In this document: in pieces, positions 19,363 to 30,472 of the stretch
Layout: each line of letters begins with the position of its first letter
Numbering within the stretch: the first letter of the stretch is position 1
NCBI GenBank assembly: GCA_965215015.1
Contig: OZ244042.1
Span: 4,992,001 to 5,056,000, forward strand
DNA from: Candidatus Poribacteria bacterium
Lineage (GTDB): Bacteria; Poribacteria; WGA-4E; PCPOR2b
Reading direction: 5' to 3'
DNA: 64,000 bases
The notes under the pieces: generated by a model
Seen by the model: only the letters and a program-made list of their open reading frames with translations
Database searches by the model: none
What the model was told of the DNA's origin: nothing
Program-made: the position numbers and the translations under genes

Positions 19363-20793
19363 TCACAATGTGTGAGTGGACAACCCTCCTGCAACGGTCA
19401 GTCGCTGCTGACGGGTGAAAGTGCGTGGACAAGTAAACCCTTCGCCGGTGGGGCCCGCAATCGTCATCGCTAGGAATCCCTCACCATCAATTCCGGCGCA
19501 CGCGTAAGATGGCGCGTTCACAACAACAACGTTGCAATTCATCGTCTGCGTAAATTGCGTGATTCGCGCACTATTGTTGGTGTGGAGCATTGCCGTATGT
19601 CCACGTCCCCCATCTGCCGCTAGCGCACCATTCACCGCCTCATCAAAATCACGCACCCGCACCACCGGAAGTACTGGCATCAGGTATTCGTCAATAATGA
19701 AGGTATGGTCGGCGGGAACTTCAACAACGACGGAAACCGTCTCTGTTTTCGCCCGAATGCCTGCCGCTTCAAGGATAACGCTTGCATCTTTACCGATGTA
19801 GTCAATGTTGGGCTCGCCATTTTGGATGACAACATTTTCGACGGCTTGCCGCTCGCGTGGATTGGTCAAGTAACCGCCGTTGTTTTGCAGTTCACAAACC
19901 ACTTCATCAGCAACAGTATCAACGACAAAGAGGGCTTTTTCGCCGATGCAGAGCAGGTTGTTGTCAAAACTGTTTCCGGTTATAACATGCTTCGCTGCTT
20001 CCTTTAAATCTGCGGTCTCGTCGATGACGACTGGTGGGTTGCCGGGGCCTGCTGCAATCGCCTTCTTGCCGCTGGTAAGCGCGGCTCTCACAACGCTGCC
20101 GCCGCCTGTCGCAACGACGATTGCGATATCCGGGTGGTCCATAATCTCCTTCGCCCGCCGCAATGTCGCCTCTGAAACGGTTGTGAGCATATTGGGAGGG
20201 CCCCCTGCTTTGACAACCGCTGCGTTGATAACCTTCATCGTTTCCTGAGTACATTTCTGTGCATTTGGATGTGGGCTGAATACAACCGAATTTCCAGCTG
20301 CGAGCATAATGATTGCGTGATTGATGACGGTCGATGTCGGGTTCGTGGTCGGAGTGATTGAATTGATCACACCAAAGGGAAGGTACTCCACAAGCAGCAG
20401 CCCTGTATCCCCAGTTGTTGCCTCCGAGCTCAAATCTTCCACGCCGGGCGATAGGTTTGCCCCGCCATCATTCTTCATCACTTTATGTTCAACAACCCCC
20501 ATTTTTGTGTCTTCGACAGCGATTTCTGCAAGGCCCCTTGAATGCTCAAGCGATGTCTGCCTGATGGCTTCAATGATTTCCCTCCGTTTGGCAAAGCCGA
20601 GCTTTACAAATTCCGCCTGGGCGGTTTTGGCAGCAGCAACCGCTTGATCCACGGTGGGAAAAATCCCCATATCGGACGCACCCGCAACTGGGGGCTGAGG
20701 TGTTGTCGACGATAAACTCTGCCCCTCACTCTGAAGATTCCTGATGACTTGTGCAACAATCTCCTCAATCTGTGCTTCGTCGATTTCTGCCAT
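19363..20793 (-). CDS. BMC-associated CoA-acylating aldehyde dehydrogenase (EutE/PduP family)
   Basis: N-terminal encapsulation peptide (IDEAQIEEIVAQVIRNL); PTTNPT, ATGGGSVV, GPGNPP, FDNNLLCIGEK (catalytic Cys), TIAGPTGEG. Confidence 0.93.
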   Translation of the reverse strand: MAEIDEAQIEEIVAQVIRNLQSEGQSLSSTTPQPPVAGASDMGIFPTVDQAVAAAKTAQAEFVKLGFAKRREIIEAIRQTSLEHSRGLAEIAVEDTKMGVVEHKVMKNDGGANLSPGVEDLSSEATTGDTGLLLVEYLPFGVINSITPTTNPTSTVINHAIIMLAAGNSVVFSPHPNAQKCTQETMKVINAAVVKAGGPPNMLTTVSEATLRRAKEIMDHPDIAIVVATGGGSVVRAALTSGKKAIAAGPGNPPVVIDETADLKEAAKHVITGNSFDNNLLCIGEKALFVVDTVADEVVCELQNNGGYLTNPRERQAVENVVIQNGEPNIDYIGKDASVILEAAGIRAKTETVSVVVEVPADHTFIIDEYLMPVLPVVRVRDFDEAVNGALAADGGRGHTAMLHTNNSARITQFTQTMNCNVVVVNAPSYACAGIDGEGFLAMTIAGPTGEGFTCPRTFTRQQRLTVAGGLSTHTL

Positions 20794-20928
20794 ACGGACC
20801 TCCTTAATCTATGATGCGGCTAGGAAATTCAGGCTTCCAATGCGAATTCTCCATCCTTGTGCGGTAGATTATAGAGAAAGAGCCACTTAGCACCCGCCTT
20901 GAACTAGCCGAAGGGTTCGGGATGACAG

Positions 20929-21201
20929 TTATCCACGAGTCAACATATTTTCAACTTCTGCGTGTGGACGCGGAATGACGTGCACAGAGATCAATTCACC
21001 GACAACCTTTGCAGCTTCGGCCCCTGCTTCCACTGCGGCTTGGACCGCCCCGACATCCCCACGAACCATGACGGTGACCAATCCACCCCCAATTTCTTCT
21101 TTGCTGACAAGTGTTACGTTGGCAGCTTTGACCATCGCATCTGCTGCTTCAATGGCACCAACTAAACCTCTTGTTTCAATCAATCCTAATGCTTCACCCA
21201 T
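20929..21201 (-). CDS. BMC-H shell protein (EutM/PduA family)
   Basis: [26 protein letters not shown]...GDVGAV...HVIPRPH. Confidence 0.97.
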   Translation of the reverse strand: MGEALGLIETRGLVGAIEAADAMVKAANVTLVSKEEIGGGLVTVMVRGDVGAVQAAVEAGAEAAKVVGELISVHVIPRPHAEVENMLTRG

Positions 21202-21244
21202 GTTATCTACCTCCTAATTTAATTGCCACTTTGAAATGTCTTTC

Positions 21245-21273
21245 ATTGTAACAGGATCCATATCGCTTATCAA
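21245..21273 (-). promoter_or_regulatory. Sigma70-type promoter of BMC operon 1
   Basis: Minus strand TTGATA-17bp-TACAAT with extended TG. Confidence 0.6.
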
Positions 21274-21333
21274 GGAAAAAATCTGCTATCTGTAGACAGA
21301 TTTCAAATCGCTCCACCTATCCATTAAAAACTC

Positions 21334-21362
21334 TTGACAAGGATTTGTTGAGATGCTATCCT
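21334..21362 (+). promoter_or_regulatory. Sigma70-type promoter of the Hfq-like gene
   Basis: TTGACA-17bp-TATCCT with extended TG; divergent from the BMC promoter. Confidence 0.65.
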
Positions 21363-21474
21363 TTGTCTCTGTTTCTGCCAGAAGTCATTGTGGTATGCCC
21401 CTGTCGGCTCTATACCCTGGCTTCGTCCAATAATTCATAAGCATCAATTAACCGCTGGAGGACCCTGACGAACA

Positions 21475-21831
21475 ATGCCTAAAGAACCAATCGGCCTTGC
21501 AGATGTTGAGGTTTTAGAGAAGCAGATTCGTCAAAATCGAGAAGATATTAATCTGCTCAAACAAGAGATTGAACGGCTATACGCTGAACTGGGGGTTTCA
21601 TCAGACACCGATGAATTTGAAGCCCAGTTAAGTAAGGAGGAAGTTCTCGAATTCGGGACACTCGGCGATGGCGTCGTCAAGGGAAAAATTAACTGGATGA
21701 ATCCTTATCTCATCAGCATTACAACCGCCGGAGAAGCACCTGCGTCAGAGGTCTTAATTTTCAAGCACGCCCTCTCCTATATTCGCAAACCAGAAGAAAA
21801 ATTGATTCCTCGTCAGGGGATGTACATTTGA
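21475..21831 (+). CDS. Hfq/Sm-like protein with N-terminal coiled coil
   Basis: GVVKGKINWMNPYLISI (Sm1-like) and VLIFKHALSYI (Sm2, cf. Hfq YKHAISTV); GGAGG RBS. Confidence 0.6.
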   Translation: MPKEPIGLADVEVLEKQIRQNREDINLLKQEIERLYAELGVSSDTDEFEAQLSKEEVLEFGTLGDGVVKGKINWMNPYLISITTAGEAPASEVLIFKHALSYIRKPEEKLIPRQGMYI

Positions 21832-21958
21832 ATATCCGACCGATGAGGCAATTCACGGAGAAAGGAGGGGCGTATCGTGAACGCCTCTCAAGCTATACAG
21901 TCGTTGTCCCCGGGATTGGTGATTCTGCTCAAAGAGTTATGGAGTTAAAACACAGCAA

Positions 21959-22819
21959 ATGCCTAATCGAATGCCCGAAATGTTAAACTTTCGCTCAATC
22001 GATCCGCTCATAGAATTAGCCTTCGCAGAAGATATCGGCATTGGCGATATTACGACCGAATCCACAGTTTCTCCGTTGCAGCAAGGGGTGGGCACAATCC
22101 TCACCGAGACTGAGGGCGTGATTGCTGGACTGCCGATTGCACAGCGCATTTTTGAAAAACTGGATCCGAATCTTAATTTTCAGATGCTTGTTGCTGACGG
22201 TGATCGGGGCAAAAGCATGACACCAATTGCGACGGTCGAGGGGAGCGCAAAATCCATCCTCACCGGTGAACGGATTGCTCTTAATTTTTTGCAACGTCTT
22301 TCGGGAACTGCCACATTGACCGCACAGTTCGTTGCTACTACAACCCAATACAATGTCAAAATCATCGATACCCGAAAGACCACCGCCGGATGGCGAGCCC
22401 TACAAAAGTATGCGGTGCGTGTCGGCGGCGGACATAACCACCGTTTCGGGCTTTACGATGGCGTACTGATCAAGGATAATCACATCGTCGCTGCCGGGGG
22501 TATTGCGAAGGCAATCGAACGGGTGCGGGCGGCTGTGCCTCACACGATGAAAATCGAAGTCGAGGTGGAGACACTCGACCAGGTTGAAGAAGCACAGGCG
22601 GCAGGGGCAGACATTATATTGCTCGACAACATGCCAATCAATCTCATGAAAACTGCTGTCGGAAAGATTGACGAGAACGTTCTCACTGAAGCATCAGGGG
22701 GGATTATATTAGATCAGGTGGAAGCTGTTGCTGCGACGGGTGTGGATTTAATCTCTGTTGGCGCATTGACGCATTCAGCGATGCCGTTGGATATTCGTTT
22801 GGACTTGGAGATTATGTAA
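21959..22819 (+). CDS. nadC: Nicotinate-nucleotide pyrophosphorylase (quinolinate phosphoribosyltransferase)
   Basis: EDIGIGDITT, ERIALNFLQRLSG, DTRKT, HRFGLYDGVLIKDNH, EVEVE, LLDNM, EASGG. Confidence 0.96.
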   Translation: MPNRMPEMLNFRSIDPLIELAFAEDIGIGDITTESTVSPLQQGVGTILTETEGVIAGLPIAQRIFEKLDPNLNFQMLVADGDRGKSMTPIATVEGSAKSILTGERIALNFLQRLSGTATLTAQFVATTTQYNVKIIDTRKTTAGWRALQKYAVRVGGGHNHRFGLYDGVLIKDNHIVAAGGIAKAIERVRAAVPHTMKIEVEVETLDQVEEAQAAGADIILLDNMPINLMKTAVGKIDENVLTEASGGIILDQVEAVAATGVDLISVGALTHSAMPLDIRLDLEIM

Positions 22820-22984
22820 GAAATTGATTGTAGGATAAAGTGGACCGCTTGCCCATTTCGTGGTGAGTCGGCAAGTTGTTTGGAATCTCGCTATCAAGCC
22901 TGCTTCCTATACTGCCCGGACCCATCAATTCACAGTTGACGCGGCAGGCCGTTTTGAAATATCTATGAACCAAGGAAACAGTGC

Positions 22985-24055
22985 ATGAAAGAATTCTTTA
23001 GCAAATCGCTAAATCCGAAAAATTTTGCTCGTGGAATACTGTTTTTCATTCTATGCACAGTTATTGGATTATATCTTAGCTTTCTACGAAGTGATACTGA
23101 AAATATTGGAACGGTCTTACGTGATAAAATGGACGTGAAATTCTTACTTCTCGCTGTGCTTTGCATGTTCTGCGATTGGTTATCGGGGGGGGCGCGTCTC
23201 TATATTTTTGTTCGGAGGATGTCGCCCCGCGTGACATTCATTCATGGTCTACGAGCCAATTTGGCAACCCTGTGTATCGGAGGAATCACACCATTTCAAA
23301 CTGGAGGTCTGGGGCATCTTTATATTTTTAATCGGGCGGGTGTGCCGTTCTCAGGAACTGTGACCACCGGTGTCATCAGTTTCATTGGTACACTGACGTT
23401 CCTCATCCTTTCGACAGGGTATGTTGTGCAGCGCGCCCCCGACTTTCTTCCCAAAGCAATCACGCTTGTCAGTCAATATAGTCTGTTGATGTTTGCGTTT
23501 ACTCTTTTTGGCTTCCTCCTTTTGCTTATCAAACCTGAAACAGTTTTGATGCCTCTGACCCGTATCCAACTGCCAAGACGACGCGGCTTTCGACTTGCTG
23601 CAAACATTCTAGACCGTCTAATCCTTACCCTCGAAAACGTGATTGTGGAGCACAAGGCGTTCACTCGTATGTTCGTCAATGAACATAAACTGGTCTGCCT
23701 GCTGAGCTTCGTTTTTACGATAGGTATTTATATGAGTCGGTTCGTCGGCGGCTATGTCGTTGTTCGCGCTTTAGGGGGAGACGCTCCTTTTTGGCATGTG
23801 ATCGCTGTTCAAGTTATAATCAGTTTTGTGACTTTATTTGCACCTAGCCCCGGCGCAAGTGGTATTTCAGAGTTTTTAATTGCAATACTGATGAAGCCTC
23901 TACTTGCCTCCGGAGCAATTGGACTGTATGCCCTAATCACACGATTTTTTACAACCTATTGCGGCGTCGCGGTCGGCGGAATTGTCTTGATGTCACAATT
24001 GACGAAAGACCTCCGGCATCGAGAAATGAAAGAAAATCAGGAAATCGAGGAATAA
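22985..24055 (+). CDS. Lysylphosphatidylglycerol synthase TM-region / UPF0104 flippase-like membrane protein
   Basis: Multiple TM helices; ITPFQTGG and PSPGASGISE motifs. Confidence 0.82.
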   Translation: MKEFFSKSLNPKNFARGILFFILCTVIGLYLSFLRSDTENIGTVLRDKMDVKFLLLAVLCMFCDWLSGGARLYIFVRRMSPRVTFIHGLRANLATLCIGGITPFQTGGLGHLYIFNRAGVPFSGTVTTGVISFIGTLTFLILSTGYVVQRAPDFLPKAITLVSQYSLLMFAFTLFGFLLLLIKPETVLMPLTRIQLPRRRGFRLAANILDRLILTLENVIVEHKAFTRMFVNEHKLVCLLSFVFTIGIYMSRFVGGYVVVRALGGDAPFWHVIAVQVIISFVTLFAPSPGASGISEFLIAILMKPLLASGAIGLYALITRFFTTYCGVAVGGIVLMSQLTKDLRHREMKENQEIEE

Positions 24056-24282
24056 GCTCGCGAGAGGGCAACGCATCCATCCACGTTTCGCTTATGAAAC
24101 CTTTGGTGTGAGTAGGAGGGCGTTTCCACAGTGTTCAAGCGTTCATTGGATCATTGCGCCATATCACATATGATATAGTAACACATGGGGATCTACAGAC
24201 CCAGTAGCACAGGACGAATACTCGGACAAACATCAACAAATCATCGAAGCCGCACTACCAGAGGACAGGATTCTTGGGGAAG

Positions 24283-24438
24283 ATGGCAGAGAGAATAAAA
24301 TCGCTCAAAGCTGAATTGGGGTTGAATTTCTCGGAGATTGTCCGGGAATGTGTCGAGAACGATTTACCCCGCCTAATTGACCGACACAGAAAAAAAAAGC
24401 AGGTGGCTCACAACAAGAGGGAGATTGAAGTATCGTGA
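24283..24438 (+). CDS. Small putative ribbon-helix-helix DNA-binding protein (possibly frameshifted)
   Basis: My translation MAERIKSLKAELGLNFSEIVRECVENDLPRLIDRHRKKK...; the N.SEIVRE.VE helix pattern fits RHH/CopG proteins. Confidence 0.45.
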   Translation: MAERIKSLKAELGLNFSEIVRECVENDLPRLIDRHRKKKQVAHNKREIEVS

Positions 24439-24504
24439 TTCAATCCACCAAGTCAAAGAAGTATATTCGGATTCACCTCTCTATCATCACGAACCGCCCA
24501 ATCA

Positions 24505-25649
24505 TTGGACGATTGTTGCGGTGGTTGGGATTGGATGTCAACATTCAACCCTAGCTTGTTAAAGACTGTGAACTCGAGACAAGAATTTGCGACTTGTGGG
24601 CCGCTTGGGGTGAGCAAACTAACACAGCCGTGCTTATCAGTGCACATCTACCGTAAAAACCTAGAAGCACGTCGATCTGGATTCTCAGACACAGCCGCTT
24701 GCCATGGTGCCGTCAGAAATCTTTTCACGCTTGACCGATTCGACCCCAACGAAAACGAAGACGGAGAGACAAAAAAGAGGGGAATACGGATGGATTGAGC
24801 ATACGGGAGAGACTTCGCTTGAAGAGGCCAGAAAGAAGGCACATAATAATTACGAGGGATCAATACCAGTACCACAGGAGGATACCGAAACAAGGGGAGG
24901 TTAGCCCGCAGTTACAACTACCATCATTTGAAGATACAGTAATGGATATAGTTGTCCATGCTTTACCCATTGAAATTTATCAAGGGAAAGAAGGAGGGGG
25001 CAGGGGAGCTCCTCCCGATGAGCGAATCTTCTTCAATGCGTTACTTGCCAGACCGTTCTGCATACCAGAGACATGGAACGGTGTAAGGCTTGAGCCAACA
25101 CTGCGCGATTATGTTGATTGGTTATATCCGAATGGATGGAATCGGACGAACCAACTCCCACTTCTACAAATACAAAAGGTATGATACGATGTGAACAACA
25201 AGCGAATTAGCTACGAGCGAAGGGATTGGAACGTCGTTCAAGTCTTCGCCATGCTGAATGAGAGCACCGCTCTCGACGATGTTTTGCCCTTGATTATTCG
25301 CTACCCCGACAGCATACAAGGCAATGGTCCCATGATAGATGTTCATAGGAAGAGGGGATATAGCTTGGTTTCTGCTTCAAAATGGAGAGCATGGAATCGA
25401 GGCTATCTGCTTGACACACAAGGGGAGATTATTACTGGAGACCCTTATAAAACCAAAAGGGGCAAGTGGGCGGTACGCAATGGGAAAAATCCACAAACAG
25501 CACGGTATCACCCTCACGCCATTCGCATCGGGGATGACCGAAATCCGCAATGGGACAAGATTCCTGTCTTAACATACAATCAACTCGTCGCGCTATTGTA
25601 TGATGATAGCATGGTGGGCAGAAACACATTCAAACAACGCCGCCGTTAG
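24505..25649 (+). pseudogene. Decayed hypothetical gene of a mobile-element relic
   Basis: ORFs 24795-25184 and 25191-25649 share a frame and are split by one TGA (...QKV*YDVNNKRISY...); further overlapping fragments upstream suggest frameshifts. Confidence 0.55.
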
Positions 25650-25775
25650 AAAACGAGCAGATGAGGGGGTGAGGGTTTTGACTCGCTCCCACTTTTGTCC
25701 GTCTTCCTGTTTTCCGGTCTTCACGTTTCACGCATCGCTCTCGGTCCCAACAGTTGCAAACAAGCACCATTGATT

Positions 25776-26774
25776 ATGAAAGCTTATGTCACCGGCGGAA
25801 CGGGTTTTATCGGAAGCCATCTGGTCGAGCGACTTGTCGATCACGGCTATCATGTCACCTGCTTAATCCGCCAAACGAGTAATCTGCGTTGGCTTAACCA
25901 TCTCCTTGCTGCACAATCGCAGCAAATCCAAATGGTCATGGGTGATTTGCATGATATCGATGCGCTGACAAGCCATGTCCGAGACGCCGATTTGGTTTTT
26001 CATCTCGCCGGTTTGACCAAAGCCCCGGACGCTGCAACGTATGACCGAGTCAACGCTGGGGGAACAGAGCATCTTATTGAAGCGTGCTTGGGGGCACAGC
26101 CAAACTTAAATCGGTTTGTCTATTGCAGCAGCCTCGCCGCAGTCGGTCCAAGTCGCAATGCAACACCAAACACCGAAGATGTTATCCCGCAGCCACTAAC
26201 GGACTACGGTAGTAGCAAGCTCAAAGGCGAGATGATTGTCCGTGAGTACGCAAACCGTCTACCCATAACGATTATTCGTCCACCGGCTGTCTATGGCCCC
26301 AGGGATGCAGACATCTTTTTGTTTTTTCAGATAATCAATCGTGGAGTGATGCCAATCCTCGGGGACGCGGATAAGTTGTTGAGTTTGGTGCACGTCAAAG
26401 ACCTGGTAGCAGGAATTTATACTGCCGCTGTGTCTGAGCGTGCAATCGGTGAAACCTATTTTCTGACGGACGGTGATATTCATACATGGCTGGGGATTGA
26501 GCGCGTAATTGCTGATGCGCTGGGAAAGCGTCCATTCAAAGTGAAAGTGCCGCTTTTTCTGCTGGATTTTATTTCAATCTTTACGGAAGCTGCAGCGAAG
26601 ATCATGTCTCAAGCCCCAACCTTGAACCGCCAAAGAGTGCGAGATCTGAAACAACGGTTTTGGATCTGTGACAGCACGAAGGCACAAAAGGAACTCGGCT
26701 ATCGCCCAATCTATTGCCTTAAAAAAGGGATTAAGGAAACAGCAGATTGGTATCGAGCGAATGGCTGGTTCTAA
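25776..26774 (+). CDS. NAD-dependent epimerase/dehydratase (extended SDR)
   Basis: VTGGTGFIGSHL, HLAG, SSLAA, YGSSK (YxxxK), RPPAVYGP. Confidence 0.9.
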   Translation: MKAYVTGGTGFIGSHLVERLVDHGYHVTCLIRQTSNLRWLNHLLAAQSQQIQMVMGDLHDIDALTSHVRDADLVFHLAGLTKAPDAATYDRVNAGGTEHLIEACLGAQPNLNRFVYCSSLAAVGPSRNATPNTEDVIPQPLTDYGSSKLKGEMIVREYANRLPITIIRPPAVYGPRDADIFLFFQIINRGVMPILGDADKLLSLVHVKDLVAGIYTAAVSERAIGETYFLTDGDIHTWLGIERVIADALGKRPFKVKVPLFLLDFISIFTEAAAKIMSQAPTLNRQRVRDLKQRFWICDSTKAQKELGYRPIYCLKKGIKETADWYRANGWF

Positions 26775-26831
26775 TACGCATTGCGTTACGCAATTGCTTA
26801 CAACCTACAACAAATCTAAGGAGATATAATA

Positions 26832-27740
<909 letters not shown>

Positions 27741-27886
27741 CCTAAAACATAATACAGTAAAGTGTAATTCGTAATTAGCGATCGGTCTAATGACCATTCA
27801 CAGGTTCCATGAACGGTCATTAGACATAAGCCCCCTTACGCATTATGTTATAGTTCCCAAATGCCACACATACACAGGAGAATTAG

Positions 27887-28480
27887 ATGGCAAGGCAATT
27901 GAGAATGGTTCGGCCCAATCTGGATGGATTACCACAACTGGAAATCCCAGAGGGGTATGAAATCCGTACCTATCAGGAGGGAGACGATGTACACTGGGCA
28001 AACGTGATCAGCGACTCGTTTGGCGGGGAGCGCACCGCTGAAGATGCCCGCCGTGATATTATGGACCGCGATGTGTTTGACCCGGAGGGACTCTACTTTG
28101 CCACCTATCAAGGCACGCCGGTCGGCACGACGTGCGCCTGGAAAGATACGCCCCATGAAACAGAGGTTGGCATTGTCCACATGGTTGGCGTTCACTCTGT
28201 CCACACAGGACATAAGCTCGGTAAATGTGTAACGCTCTGTGTGCTATTGTACCTTCAAGAACATGGTTTCAAATGCGCTAAACTCGGCACCGACGATTTT
28301 CGGTTGCCGGCGATTAAGACCTATTTGAACCTTGGCTTTTTGCCAGTCTATGTCGATGTCACTCAACCAGAGCGGTGGCGGCAGATTTTCAAGAAACTCG
28401 GACTGCCAGCTATGTCGGATCAATCAGAGAAAATTAGAGCTGCAATCTCTGAACAAATGTGGGCGAAGGTTTGCAAGTGA
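27887..28480 (+). CDS. GNAT family N-acetyltransferase
   Basis: HMVGV...TGHKLG motif A; TDDFRLPAIKTYLNLGF. Confidence 0.85.
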   Translation: MARQLRMVRPNLDGLPQLEIPEGYEIRTYQEGDDVHWANVISDSFGGERTAEDARRDIMDRDVFDPEGLYFATYQGTPVGTTCAWKDTPHETEVGIVHMVGVHSVHTGHKLGKCVTLCVLLYLQEHGFKCAKLGTDDFRLPAIKTYLNLGFLPVYVDVTQPERWRQIFKKLGLPAMSDQSEKIRAAISEQMWAKVCK

Positions 28481-28525
28481 GCTGCTGACAATTGGAAGCT
28501 GGGATACCTGTGTACTCCTTGAAGA

Positions 28526-30142
28526 ATGACACGCTTCTTTCGGATTGATCTGGTTCTCATTCCTATCCTTACAATCGGCTTCGTTCTCCGAATCGTTGGG
28601 CTTGGCGTCGGCTTGCCCGACCACCCTGATCCACGTGAGCCGCTGATTGCACACGACATCCTCAATCTCATCCATCTTGAATCCTCACCCGATATCTATA
28701 ATTGGCCCGGAACCGCTTGGTTCTACCTAATTGCGGCGATTGGGATGGTTTTAGAGACGTTTGGATTAGAACTCACAGTGGTTCACATTATCTGGCTGGG
28801 CCGCTTGATAAACGTTCTGCTGTCAACGACGACCATCTGGCTGACGTATCAGATTGGGCACCGGTTTTACAGCCGCTCTACTGGACTTATCAGCGGTGGA
28901 TTGCTCGCCGTAGCAATGTTGCATACAACGAACGAGTCTCGCTTTGCACTCGTTGACATCCCCGCGACCTTCTGTGTAACCCTACTGCTCTGGTTCTGTG
29001 CCAAAGCACAATCCGTTTCATTGCGTCAAGCCGTTTGGCTGGGCGTTATCGCGGGAATCGGCTTCGCTGTCAAGTTCACAACGATCTTCGCAGGCTTATC
29101 CGTTGCCATCCTTCTATTCCTGCGATCCGAGCGTTTTCGGCCTTCAGATTTTCTCTTGAAATTAGCGACCGTTATCGGGGTTGCAGGAGCGACGTTCACG
29201 ATCATCTGTCCGTACTGGCTGATCGATATCTTCTCTCCAGAGTGGAATCTATTCTTCAATGCCCTCCTCTACGAATCCTCGCATTACCAAAAAGGACACT
29301 TGGGACTGTTTGCGACCGGCGAAATCAACTGGCTCAATCGATTTACCTATTTGTGGAGGCTTCTGCAGTGGGGCATGGGGACACCGTTGGCGTTGCTTGC
29401 AATCGCCGGAACTCTGTCGGCAATAATCCTACGGAAAGATGGGGATAAAATCCTCCTCGCCTTTGTGATACCCTACCTACTATTCATCGGTTCACACAAA
29501 CTGAAATTTGTCCGTCATCTCTTGCTGATTTACCCGCTGTTGATACTATTCGCAGCAGGAGGTATCGGTAGAGTGAGCACCGTGCTCACCCAATCCGATC
29601 GGGGCTATCGAAATTCGATTCTGAAACAGTGGGCAAAGCCCGCCCTATCGGTCCTGATTTTGGGTGGGGTAAGTGCATATTCGCTGATTTATACTGCTGC
29701 CTTTGCCAGTGTTATGAAATCTACCCCAACGACAGTTGAGGCGGCTGAATGGATAGAATCGAATATCCCACCGGATGAAGCGGTCGAATACGAACCTGAA
29801 ATCTTGTTTGATTGGTTGCTGCCAAGACTGGATCGAGAGGACAAAGGGAAGGAAGCAGAGTGGGTACTTGTTTTGATGCCAAATGCGGAGGTCTTTCTAA
29901 ACTACGCTGCGAAGCCAACACATTACTCTGCAATTGATTGGTATCCGTTGGAGACGGTTGATACAGAGGCGGCGATGGAATTCTACGAGCGGATTCTCGG
30001 GAAGTCGAGCCGATACACACTCGCCCAACGTTTTCAGCGTCAGCCCCGCTTTCTCGGTATCTCGATTTCTGACCACGGCGCGCCATTTCCGATACGGGCA
30101 TTGACGCATCCAGAGATACGGATTTACCGGTTGCAGGAGTAA
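28526..30142 (+). CDS. GT-C family glycosyltransferase (PMT_2/ArnT-like)
   Basis: N-terminal HPD..E loop, ~11 TM helices, SRFALVD, AVKFT, FVRHLL. Confidence 0.8.
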   Translation: MTRFFRIDLVLIPILTIGFVLRIVGLGVGLPDHPDPREPLIAHDILNLIHLESSPDIYNWPGTAWFYLIAAIGMVLETFGLELTVVHIIWLGRLINVLLSTTTIWLTYQIGHRFYSRSTGLISGGLLAVAMLHTTNESRFALVDIPATFCVTLLLWFCAKAQSVSLRQAVWLGVIAGIGFAVKFTTIFAGLSVAILLFLRSERFRPSDFLLKLATVIGVAGATFTIICPYWLIDIFSPEWNLFFNALLYESSHYQKGHLGLFATGEINWLNRFTYLWRLLQWGMGTPLALLAIAGTLSAIILRKDGDKILLAFVIPYLLFIGSHKLKFVRHLLLIYPLLILFAAGGIGRVSTVLTQSDRGYRNSILKQWAKPALSVLILGGVSAYSLIYTAAFASVMKSTPTTVEAAEWIESNIPPDEAVEYEPEILFDWLLPRLDREDKGKEAEWVLVLMPNAEVFLNYAAKPTHYSAIDWYPLETVDTEAAMEFYERILGKSSRYTLAQRFQRQPRFLGISISDHGAPFPIRALTHPEIRIYRLQE

Positions 30143-30394
30143 CGCTAGAAGCATTTATCGATTTTGATGCAATTGCCGGGGAGAAGTTTCCAACCCGATT
30201 GCTTGCCCCCTAAGCACCCTAACCCTCCCTACCCCCCCTTGCGGGGGACCGAGGGGAGGCTTAGACGACCGCACTTTTTACCTTCACCACGGTCAGTGAA
30301 CATCTTACGGAGTTTTAGATCGGAAGATTTTGATAATTAAGGTTCGCCCTCCAGTATAGCCTTGGGTATCGAGTGCTGCCAGGAATTAAATCTT

Positions 30395-30423
30395 TTGCAC
30401 CTTCCTTCTCTGTGTGGTAAAAT
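30395..30423 (+). promoter_or_regulatory. Sigma70-type promoter of polX
   Basis: TTGCAC-17bp-TAAAAT with extended TG; supports start at 30473. Confidence 0.55.
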
Positions 30424-30472
30424 ATTCAAACGCATCATACAACACACCACAAAGAAAAGAAGAACTTACAAG

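Noticed and set aside
30362-30472. ORF-track N-terminal extension of polX (similar cases at 4262, 17629, 25695, 44041, 59872)
   Set aside because: Promoter/RBS positions and family N-termini point to downstream starts
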